From Deltaproteobacteria bacterium (GTDB lineage: Bacteria; Desulfobacterota; Desulfobulbia; Desulfobulbales; UBA5123), in assembly GCA_021788685.1 (NCBI GenBank), contig JAJYKH010000001.1, forward strand, positions 1 to 28,084: a DNA stretch of 28,084 nt, in the 5' to 3' direction. The notes below the pieces were generated by a model that was not told the DNA's origin, made no database searches, and was given only the letters and a program-made list of their open reading frames with translations. Made by a program: the position numbers and the translations under genes. This document shows, in pieces, positions 7,289 through 14,446 of the stretch. Every line of letters begins with the position of its first letter. Within the stretch, counting starts at the first letter, position 1.

Positions 7289-8148
7289 TTGCCGCTCTTC
7301 AGCTTGGCGATGTACGCGCTCAGGTCGCCCGCCAGCTTCTGATTGTCGATCAAGAGCGAAAATTCGTGGTTGTAAGCGAGGGCGGCCTGGGTCAGGTTGT
7401 GGCTGCCCACGAAGCAGAATCGATCGTCAATCACCACCAGCTTGGCGTGGGTGGTGGTCCGGGGGCTGTCGAAGGTCACCGTTACCCCCTTGGCACGCAG
7501 GGCCCTCGCGACTCTCTCGTTTTCCCGGTTGAGCTCCTCGTCATGATCCGAGCGCTCGAGCAGCACCTGTACATCAACCCGCCGTCCGGCTGCGGCGGTC
7601 AGCTCCTTTAGAAGGGTCGCCGGCCGGTTCTGCGGCGAGTCATTCATCTTGAAGAGGAACATGACGATTTCGATTTTCCGCTCCGCCTGCCGCAGATACT
7701 GGCGCAGGGTGTCATAATAGGCGGCGTCCGGCAGGAGGACGATTTCCCCGGGGTAGGTCCCCATGATGCGGGTCTGGACCCTGAGACAAACGGCGGCGGG
7801 CTTGTCTGCCGCTTCGGGCTCCCCCCGGAGGGTGGTGGGGCCGGTTAGAGTGAGGTAGGGCCTGATCGCCTCGAAGCTCCTGCCGCCGATGGCTTCGCTG
7901 GCGAGGAGCTCGTCCAGGCTCTTGAAACGGCCGTGGCGCTGGCGGTATGCGAGAATGGCCCGGGCCCGGGTCTCGCCGATGAAGGGAAGGAGCTGCAGCT
8001 CCTTCAGGGTGGCGGTATTCACGTTGAGCTGGCCGCTCAAGCCCCAGGCCGGGGGCGAAGAGAGCAGGCAGACGAGCAGCAGTGCCGCCATGCCGGAGAA
8101 TCGGGCCTTGCCCGGGTTGCGGAACCACCCCATTTTCTCCTCCTCCAT
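7285..8148 (-). CDS. Secreted ComEA-type helix-hairpin-helix DNA-binding domain fused to a single-HKD phospholipase D-family (Nuc-like) domain
   Basis: Signal-peptide-like ALLLVCLLSSPPAWG; ComEA motif LNVNTATLKELQLLPFIGETRARAILAYRQRHGRFKSLDEL; PLD motif THAKLVVIDD...GSHNLT...NHE. The start may be at the second or third Met. Confidence 0.85.
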   Translation of the reverse strand: MEEEKMGWFRNPGKARFSGMAALLLVCLLSSPPAWGLSGQLNVNTATLKELQLLPFIGETRARAILAYRQRHGRFKSLDELLASEAIGGRSFEAIRPYLTLTGPTTLRGEPEAADKPAAVCLRVQTRIMGTYPGEIVLLPDAAYYDTLRQYLRQAERKIEIVMFLFKMNDSPQNRPATLLKELTAAAGRRVDVQVLLERSDHDEELNRENERVARALRAKGVTVTFDSPRTTTHAKLVVIDDRFCFVGSHNLTQAALAYNHEFSLLIDNQKLAGDLSAYIAKLKSGK

Positions 8149-8276
8149 CGGCTGTTTTAAGGCTTGAGACCGAAGGTAAAATGGTCAGGGGCGATGGGTC
8201 CCATCGGACCTGGCAGACCGATCGGACCGGCTGGACCGCCCCGGCGTTTCGCAGTCTTTTGTTTCCTGGCCCTGCC

Positions 8277-10001
8277 TTATTTCGGCCACCAATCGGGTTT
8301 CAGGCGGCGGATCACGTTGAAGCCGCCGCCCAGCCCCAGGGTGTTGGTGCAGCCCACGCTGTCGAGGAAGCTCTGGATCTCGTAGGAACGGGTGCAGGCA
8401 TCGCAGATGATGATGAGCTGCTTACCGGCGGGGATTTCCCGGTAGCGGCTCCGAACCTGGTCGTAGGGGATGGAGAGCCAGCGATCGCCGTACGTGTCGA
8501 GGAAGGGCTGGACTTCCTTGGGATGGCGCACGTCGAGGGCCATCCAGTCGGGGGCCACGGCGGCATCCCGCATCCAGGCCTGGAAATCATCGATCGAGCA
8601 GTAGCGCAGGCGGCCGGCGGCCAGATTGTCGGCCACGTTGGCCGTGGCGTTGAGGGCGTCGAGCGCGGTGGAGAACGGCGGGGCGTAAGCCATCTCCAGC
8701 TTGCTGAAATCGTCGATGGTCCCCCCCTTGCTGAGGAGGGCGGCGGCGGCGTCAATCCGGGCGAGCACCCCGTCGCCCATGGGGCCGAATCCCTGCACGC
8801 CGAGGACCCTGCGGCTCCGTCGATCGAAAACCATCTGCAGGGGCATGATCGCCTGCTGCGGGAAGAAATGGGCGCGGTCGGATTGGGCGGTGATCACCGC
8901 CGCCGCATCGAACCCCTCCCGGCGGGCGCTGTCCAGCGTGAGGCCGGTGGCCCCCACGCACACCTCGAACGCCTTCATGATGAAGCTGCCCACCACCCCT
9001 TCGAAGGTGGAGAAGATACCCGCCAGGTTGTCGGCCACCACCCGGCCCTGGCGGTTGGCGATGGAGCCGAGCGGCGCATAGCACTTCCGGCCACTCACCA
9101 GGCTGGTGACCTCCACGCAGTCGCCTGCTGCGTAAATGTCGGGATCGGAGGTCTGAAGGCGGTTGTTGACCACGATGCCGCCGCGGGGGCCTACCAGCAG
9201 GCCGGCGCTCCGGGCCAGCTCGTCCCGGGGCCGAACGCCGGCGGCCATGACCACTAGGTCGGCATCAAGGGTCCGCTTGGCGGTCACCACCCGGCAGACC
9301 TGGCCCTGGTCGCCCGCCTCGAGCCGCTGGGCGCCTTCGCCGGTGTAAATGGTGACCCCCTTGTCCCGCATGTGCTGGGCCAGCATCCCGGCAAAGGGCC
9401 GGTCGAGCAGGTTGGGCAGCAGCTGGTCCATGAACTCGATGAGGGTGGTCTCCACCCCCCAGAGATCTGTGAACGCCTCGGCCATTTCGATGCCGATGGC
9501 GCCGCCGCCGATGACCACCGCCTTCCCCACCTCCCCCTTGGCCAGGCGCGCCTTGATGGCGATCGCCTGGTGCATGTCGCTGATGACGAAGACCCCCTGC
9601 AGGTCGGTTCCCGGGATGGGCAGCACGTTGGGGCGGCTGCCGGTGGCGAGCACCAGCTTGTCGTAAGGGATGCGGTCTTCCTTGCCGGTGGTGACGTTCC
9701 GGACCAGCACCTCCTTCTGCTTGCGGTCGATGGCAGTGGCGCAGGTGGCGGTCAGCGTCTCCACTCCCTTGGCATCATGGAAGAATCGTTCGTCACGGAC
9801 CATGTGGAAGCTGGTGGCGCGCAGCTCCTGCTCATCAGAGACGTCGCCTGACACATAGTAGGGGATGCCGCAGCCGCCGTAGGAGATCAAGGTGTCCTGA
9901 TCGATAATGGTGACCTGTGCCTCCGGCAGGAGCCGCTTGACCCGGCAGGCGGTCTTGGGGCCGGCCGCCACGCCGCCGATGATGACGATTCTGGTGCTCA
10001 T
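8277..10001 (-). CDS. FAD/NAD(P)H-dependent CoA-disulfide / persulfide reductase with C-terminal rhodanese domain (CoADR-RHD / Npsr-like)
   Basis: 574 aa; GGVAAG FAD motif, SYGGCGIPY redox-Cys motif, VIGGGAIGIEMAE NAD motif, TSDPDIYAAGDC, YAPPFS dimerisation motif, then LDVRHPKE...IICDACTRS rhodanese domain. Confidence 0.88.
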   Translation of the reverse strand: MSTRIVIIGGVAAGPKTACRVKRLLPEAQVTIIDQDTLISYGGCGIPYYVSGDVSDEQELRATSFHMVRDERFFHDAKGVETLTATCATAIDRKQKEVLVRNVTTGKEDRIPYDKLVLATGSRPNVLPIPGTDLQGVFVISDMHQAIAIKARLAKGEVGKAVVIGGGAIGIEMAEAFTDLWGVETTLIEFMDQLLPNLLDRPFAGMLAQHMRDKGVTIYTGEGAQRLEAGDQGQVCRVVTAKRTLDADLVVMAAGVRPRDELARSAGLLVGPRGGIVVNNRLQTSDPDIYAAGDCVEVTSLVSGRKCYAPLGSIANRQGRVVADNLAGIFSTFEGVVGSFIMKAFEVCVGATGLTLDSARREGFDAAAVITAQSDRAHFFPQQAIMPLQMVFDRRSRRVLGVQGFGPMGDGVLARIDAAAALLSKGGTIDDFSKLEMAYAPPFSTALDALNATANVADNLAAGRLRYCSIDDFQAWMRDAAVAPDWMALDVRHPKEVQPFLDTYGDRWLSIPYDQVRSRYREIPAGKQLIIICDACTRSYEIQSFLDSVGCTNTLGLGGGFNVIRRLKPDWWPK

Positions 10002-10024
10002 GGTAAACCTCTATGAATGATGAA

Positions 10025-10146
10025 AAATGGGGAGAGGAAAATCGCAGGTCTCGCAAAGACCTCCGCCGAACCGGGAAAAAGCAACAACCCGAGAGGCGAA
10101 ACCGTCGGCGGAGCGCCTCTGCAAGGCCGACAAATCTCGAAGTCTC
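10025..10146. repeat. Family C structured repeat, copy 1 (in predicted 5' UTR of the reductase-rhodanese gene)
   Basis: Core gtcggcggagcgcctctgcaaggccgacaaa (10104-10134) matches 17082-17113. Flanking words tctcgc, ccgaacc and caacaa are shared in the same order. Confidence 0.55.
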
Positions 10147-10151
10147 CACGC

Positions 10152-10180
10152 AAATTAGCTTGAAGCACTCTCCGTGTCAA
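10152..10180 (-). promoter_or_regulatory. Sigma70 promoter candidate for the reductase-rhodanese gene
   Basis: Minus strand TTGACA (10180-10175), 17 bp spacer, TAATTT (10157-10152). Confidence 0.6.
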
Positions 10181-10218
10181 ATCTGATTTAAAGCATTTAA
10201 GGACATTCTAAAAAATCC

Positions 10219-10270
10219 TTGACAATCCGGAAGGAGGATTTCTAAATTGGGCATATGTTCATAATGAGCA
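10219..10270 (+). promoter_or_regulatory. Sigma70 promoter candidate for the NifX-family gene with overlapping palindromic operator
   Basis: TTGACA (10219-10224), 18 bp spacer, TAAATT (10243-10248); palindromes TGGGCATATGTTCA (10248-10261) and TGTTCATAATGAGCA (10256-10270). Confidence 0.5.
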
Positions 10271-10300
10271 GTGCAAATCAAAAATCAGCAATTAAAATCG
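10270..10300. repeat. Family B repeat, copy 2 (right arm only)
   Basis: agtgcaaatcaaaaatcagcaattaaaatc; the first 20 nt are identical to 1518-1537. Confidence 0.7.
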
Positions 10301-10309
10301 GAGAACGCC

Positions 10310-10699
10310 ATGGAATTCAACTTGATTGCGGTGCCGTCGGAGCTTCCCGGCGGGCTCGCCAGCAACCGCTCGGGCCATTTCGGCCATTGCGAGCTCTTCA
10401 CCCTGGTTTCGACCCGTGGCGGGAGGGCGGGCGAGGTGTCCCTGCTGGCCAATCCTCCTCATGGCGCGGGCGGCTGTCTGGCCCCCATCGGCCTGCTCCG
10501 GGAGCGGCAGGTGGATGCGATCGTGGTGGGCGGGGTAGGCAAGCGGCCCCTGCAGGCGATGGGGGAGGCGGGAATCGCGGTCTTGTTCGCCCCCATGAAT
10601 GAGTATCCGACGGTGGGGGCCGCGGTGGAGGGGGTGCTGCAGGCGAAGCTGCCGCGCATGGCGTTGCAGCAGGCCTGCACCGGCCACGATTGCCATTAG
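10310..10699 (+). CDS. NifB/NifX family (dinitrogenase Fe-Mo cofactor biosynthesis-like) metal-cluster binding protein
   Basis: IAVPS...SGHFGHCELFTLV...NPPH..GGC...L....VDAIVVGGVGKRP family pattern. The start was moved from 10271 to the ATG at 10310, which has a GGAG RBS. Confidence 0.85.
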   Translation: MEFNLIAVPSELPGGLASNRSGHFGHCELFTLVSTRGGRAGEVSLLANPPHGAGGCLAPIGLLRERQVDAIVVGGVGKRPLQAMGEAGIAVLFAPMNEYPTVGAAVEGVLQAKLPRMALQQACTGHDCH

Positions 10700-10832
10700 C
10701 TGGGCCAGAACGGTCCTGCCCGAGAGCTGCGTTGCTCAGTCGCCGAAAAAATGGTCGCGCAAGGATTATGCTCCGCTTTTTCCGCTCCCTCGCGCCATGC
10801 ACTCGAATGAAATCCTTATTGCTGAATAGCCA

Positions 10833-11153
10833 CTAATCAGTCTTCATCCGAGACGGACCGGCTGCGGCTGCTTTCTCCTCTCCTTCCAGGATCAGGGCCG
10901 CCCCTTCGGTGAGGGCGCGGGCCACCTTGCCCCGGGCCGCCGCGAGGATCCGCTGGACCGTTCCCCTGGAAACGCCCATCCGCCAGCCGGCCTGCTCCTG
11001 GGTCAATCCTTCCAGATCGCAAAGCCTGAGAGCCTCCAGCTCGTCCCGGTGGAGGGGGATCTGTTTCAGCACATTCAAGGGGACGCAGGTGGGCTTGAAG
11101 GCTTTGCCGCACATTTTTCCCTCGCAGCGGCGCTGTTTCTTTGGCCGGGCCAA
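10833..11153 (-). CDS. DUF134-family predicted DNA-binding (HTH) protein
   Basis: MARPKKQRRC...FKP...L..DELEALRLCDLEGLTQEQAGWRMGVSRGTVQRILAAARGKVARAL. The TTG start at 11153 sits 7 nt after AAGGAGG (the ORF track starts at 11201). Confidence 0.85.
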   Translation of the reverse strand: MARPKKQRRCEGKMCGKAFKPTCVPLNVLKQIPLHRDELEALRLCDLEGLTQEQAGWRMGVSRGTVQRILAAARGKVARALTEGAALILEGEEKAAAAGPSRMKTD

Positions 11154-11356
11154 AATGAAACCTCCTTCATTATATGGATGGCCGGGAGCGGTCTGGCTCA
11201 TTTGGTGTGGAGTCTAATCACACCCTCCCGGAGGGGGGAAATAAATTTCTCAACCGAGAAAAAAAATTACCCATTTACAAAATTTATGATACCCTTTTCT
11301 TCGGTTGTGCCCACGCTGCTGACCGGCAGGGAAACCCCTCATATTCACGGCGGAAA

Positions 11357-11444
11357 TTGACGGCTGCTCCTAGGGCCGTACCATGTTTTTTTGTTGACAA
11401 AGGAAGGGGAGCTGGATAAGGTCCCTGGACTGAATGCTCATTCA
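11357..11444 (+). promoter_or_regulatory. dsrA promoter region: two tandem sigma70 candidates and a downstream palindrome
   Basis: TTGACG-16-TACCAT (11357-11384); TTGACA-17-TAAGGT (11394-11422); palindrome TGAATG-CT-CATTCA (11431-11444). Confidence 0.5.
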
Positions 11445-11538
11445 AAATTGGGTTATTCTCACCCTGCTATGAACCTTCGGGGGCTGCCTCACGATCTCGG
11501 GGGAAGGCAGTGGGGTGAACCTGGTTCGGGTTTGCGAA

Positions 11539-11551
11539 AATCAATTGTTTA
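11539..11551 (+). promoter_or_regulatory. IHF consensus match just upstream of the dsrA RBS
   Basis: AATCAA-TTGT-TTA fits WATCAANNNNTTR exactly; a short motif that could be chance. Confidence 0.3.
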
Positions 11552-11566
11552 GCAAGGAGGAATCAA

Positions 11567-12847
11567 ATGGCCAAACATGCTACGCCCCTGTTGGATGAAC
11601 TGGAGAAGGGTCCTTGGCCGAGCTTTGTCACGGACCTGAAGCGGCAGGCTGAGAAGAGCCCGCAGTGCTGGGATATTCTGGGCCAGATGGAGCTGTCCTA
11701 TAAGGACAGGATCACCCACTGGAAGCACGGCGGCATCGTCGGCGTTTTCGGTTATGGCGGCGGCATTGTCGGCCGGTATTCCGACAGCCCCGACAAGTTC
11801 CCCGGGGTGGCCCATTTCCACACCGTGCGCCTGAACCAGCCCTCGAGCAAGTTCTACCGCACCGACATGCTCCGCAAGGTTTGCGACATCTGGGAGAAGC
11901 GCGGCTCCGGCATGACCAACTTCCACGGCTCCACCGGCGACCTGGTCCTGCTCGGCACTACGACCGACCAACTGGAGCCCCTGTTCTACCAGATGACCCA
12001 TGAGCTCAACTGGGACCTCGGCGGCTCCGGCTCCAACCTCCGGACCCCCTCCTGCTGCCTGGGCAAGGCCCGTTGCGAGTACGCCTGCTACGACACCCAG
12101 GCGGCCTGCTACGGCCTCACCATGAAGTATCAGGACGAAATCCATCGTCCGGCCTTCCCCTACAAGTTCAAGTTCAAATTCTCCGGCTGCCCGAACGACT
12201 GTGTGGCCTCCATCGCCCGTTCCGACCTGTCCGTCATCGGCACCTGGCGGGACGACATCCGGATCGATCAGGCCATGGTCAAGAAGTACATGGCCGGCGA
12301 GATTCCGGCCGAGGGCAATGCCCACGGCAGCCGTAACTGGGGCAAGTTCGACATCCAGAAAGAGGTCATCAACCTCTGCCCGACCGGCTGCATGTCCCTG
12401 GACGGCGGCGCGCTGAAGATCGACAACGCCAACTGCACCCGCTGCATGCACTGCATCAACGTCATGCCCCGCGCCCTGCGGCCCGGCACCGACACCGGCG
12501 CCACCATCCTCTGCGGCGCCAAGGCCCCCATCCTGGAAGGGGCTCAGTTCGCCACCATGATCATTCCCTTCATGAAGATCGACCCGGAGAACGAGTTCGA
12601 GGAGCTGGTCGAGCTCATCGAGAAGATCTGGGACTGGTGGATGGAAGTCGGCAAGAACCGCGAGCGCGTCGGCGAGACCATGCAGCGCCTCGGTCTGCCC
12701 ACCTTCCTCGAGGTCATGGAGCTCGATCCGCTGCCGCAGCATGTGAAGGAGCCCCGCTCCAACCCCTACGTCTTCTGGAAGGAAGAGGAAGTGGAAGGCG
12801 GCTGGGAGCGCAATGTCAAGGAATTCCGGAAGCGCCACAACATGTAA
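11567..12847 (+). CDS. dsrA: Dissimilatory sulfite reductase alpha subunit
   Basis: MAKHATPLLDELEKGPWPSFV, HWKHGGIVGVFGYGGG, HFHTVR, siroheme-[4Fe-4S] ligands CLGKARC and KFKFSGCPNDC, ferredoxin insert CTRCMHCINVMP; AAGGAGG RBS. Confidence 0.99.
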   Translation: MAKHATPLLDELEKGPWPSFVTDLKRQAEKSPQCWDILGQMELSYKDRITHWKHGGIVGVFGYGGGIVGRYSDSPDKFPGVAHFHTVRLNQPSSKFYRTDMLRKVCDIWEKRGSGMTNFHGSTGDLVLLGTTTDQLEPLFYQMTHELNWDLGGSGSNLRTPSCCLGKARCEYACYDTQAACYGLTMKYQDEIHRPAFPYKFKFKFSGCPNDCVASIARSDLSVIGTWRDDIRIDQAMVKKYMAGEIPAEGNAHGSRNWGKFDIQKEVINLCPTGCMSLDGGALKIDNANCTRCMHCINVMPRALRPGTDTGATILCGAKAPILEGAQFATMIIPFMKIDPENEFEELVELIEKIWDWWMEVGKNRERVGETMQRLGLPTFLEVMELDPLPQHVKEPRSNPYVFWKEEEVEGGWERNVKEFRKRHNM

Positions 12848-12910
12848 AAAGCCGGTTGACCGACTTTTAACCTATATATTTGAGTTCCTAACGATATAAG
12901 GAGGTTTATC

Positions 12911-14041
12911 ATGGCTTACGATCCGAACAACCCAATGGCCGACAGAATCACCGACATCGGCCCGCCACACTATGAGCAGATGTTCCCGCCGGTCATCAAG
13001 AACAACTACGGCAAGTGGCTCTATCACGAGATCCTGCAGCCGGGCGTTCTGGTGCACGTCAGCGAGACCGGCGACGAGTGCTACACCGTCCGCGTGGGCA
13101 GCGCCCGCCTGATCTCCATCGAGCACGTCCGCGAGCTGTGCGATATCGCCGACAAGCACTGCGGCGGCTACCTCCGGTTCACCACCCGGAACAACGTCGA
13201 GTTCATGGTCGACTCCAAGGCCAAGGTGAAGCCGCTTCTGGACGACCTGGCCAGCCGGGGCAACAAGTTCCCCGTTGGCGGCACCGGCGCCGGCGTGACC
13301 AACATCGTCCACACCCAGGGCTGGGTCCACTGCCACACCCCCGCCACCGACGCCTCCGGCGTGGTCAAGGCGGTCATGGACGAGCTGTTCGAGTACTTCA
13401 CCAGCATGAGCCTTCCCGCCCAGGTCCGTATCGCCCTGGCCTGCTGCCTGAACATGTGCGGCGCGGTGCATGCCTCGGATATCGCCATCCTCGGCATCCA
13501 CCGGAAGCCGCCGATGATCGACCACGACACCATCACCGGCGTCTGCGAGCTGCCCCTGGCCATCGCCGCCTGCCCGCTGGGCGCCATCAAGCCGGCCAAG
13601 GCCACCCTGGCGAACGGTGACGAGATCAAGACCGTTTCCGTCAATGCCGAGCGCTGCATGTTCTGCGGCAACTGCTACACCATGTGCCCCTCCATGCCGC
13701 TGGCCGATCCCGAGGGCGACGGCATTGCCATCCTGGTGGGCGGTAAGGTTTCCAACTCCAAGTCCGCCCCCAAGTTCTCCAAGCTGGTCATTCCCTATCT
13801 GCCCAACCATCCGCCCCGGTGGCCGGAAGTGGTGCAGTCGGTCAAGAAGATCCTCGTGGCCTATGCCAAGAACGCCAACAAGTACGAGCGGCTGGGCGAG
13901 TGGGCCGAGCGGATCGGCTGGGAGAAGTTCTTCGAGGCGTGCGACATTCCGTTCACCATCAAGAGCATCGACGACTACCGGTTGGCTTACAACACCTGGC
14001 GGACCACCACCCAGTTCAAGTTCACCAGCCACGTCAAGTAA
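12911..14041 (+). CDS. dsrB: Dissimilatory sulfite reductase beta subunit
   Basis: [76 protein letters not shown]; AGGAGG RBS. Confidence 0.99.
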   Translation: MAYDPNNPMADRITDIGPPHYEQMFPPVIKNNYGKWLYHEILQPGVLVHVSETGDECYTVRVGSARLISIEHVRELCDIADKHCGGYLRFTTRNNVEFMVDSKAKVKPLLDDLASRGNKFPVGGTGAGVTNIVHTQGWVHCHTPATDASGVVKAVMDELFEYFTSMSLPAQVRIALACCLNMCGAVHASDIAILGIHRKPPMIDHDTITGVCELPLAIAACPLGAIKPAKATLANGDEIKTVSVNAERCMFCGNCYTMCPSMPLADPEGDGIAILVGGKVSNSKSAPKFSKLVIPYLPNHPPRWPEVVQSVKKILVAYAKNANKYERLGEWAERIGWEKFFEACDIPFTIKSIDDYRLAYNTWRTTTQFKFTSHVK

Positions 14042-14062
14042 TCTTCTCACAAGGAGTGCGCC

Positions 14063-14302
14063 ATGGCACTGAGCAAAGATGAGCTGAAGGCAGCGATTCT
14101 GAAGAAGGCGATGGAATCTCCGAAGCCGCAGCTGTACGTGAAGGACTTCTATGCCTGCGATCCTGATACCAAGCCGCGGGACATCAAGAAGGCCGCCAAC
14201 GAGCTGGTGACCGACGGGAAGATGGTATTCTGGTCCAGCGGCAGCACCACGATGTACGCTGCCAAGGGCCGGGCCAAAGACGAATCTGCTCGCGGGGTCT
14301 GA
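14063..14302 (+). CDS. dsrD: DsrD, small winged-helix activator of DsrAB
   Basis: 79 aa directly after dsrB; KPQLYVKDF...PRDIKKAANELV..GKMVFWSSGSTTMY signature; AAGGAG RBS. Confidence 0.95.
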   Translation: MALSKDELKAAILKKAMESPKPQLYVKDFYACDPDTKPRDIKKAANELVTDGKMVFWSSGSTTMYAAKGRAKDESARGV

Positions 14303-14326
14303 TCCGGGAGCGAGCTTTCGAAGACG

Positions 14327-14363
14327 AAAAAAAAGCAGAGGCTTCGGCCTCTGCTTTTTTTTT
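14327..14363. terminator. Bidirectional intrinsic terminator between dsrD and the TPR cassette
   Basis: A8-GCAGAGGC-TTCG-GCCTCTGC-T9: perfect stem, cUUCGg tetraloop, A/T runs on both sides. Confidence 0.92.
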
Positions 14364-14446
14364 GCCGGTTAGGGTGAACCTGTCTCCCTTACCCGCTGGT
14401 GCGGGAGGCAAGCCGCCCCCCCCCAGCGGTGGATGGAAAGGGGAGC

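Noticed and set aside
8277-10001. Could the flavoprotein next to dsrA be DsrL?
   Set aside because: It lacks the N- and C-terminal Fe-S cysteine clusters of the GltD-like DsrL and has the CoADR SYxxC motif and a rhodanese domain instead
10104-10134. Resemblance of the family C core (GGAGCG...TGCRA inside a stem) to the SAH riboswitch
   Set aside because: It lacks the internal hairpin, the CAGG segment and the downstream CGCTC pseudoknot strand, and the adjacent genes are not SAH-related
10699-10833. Convergent gap between the NifX and DUF134 genes checked for a repeat or terminator
   Set aside because: I found no convincing stem, U-tract or repeat-family match
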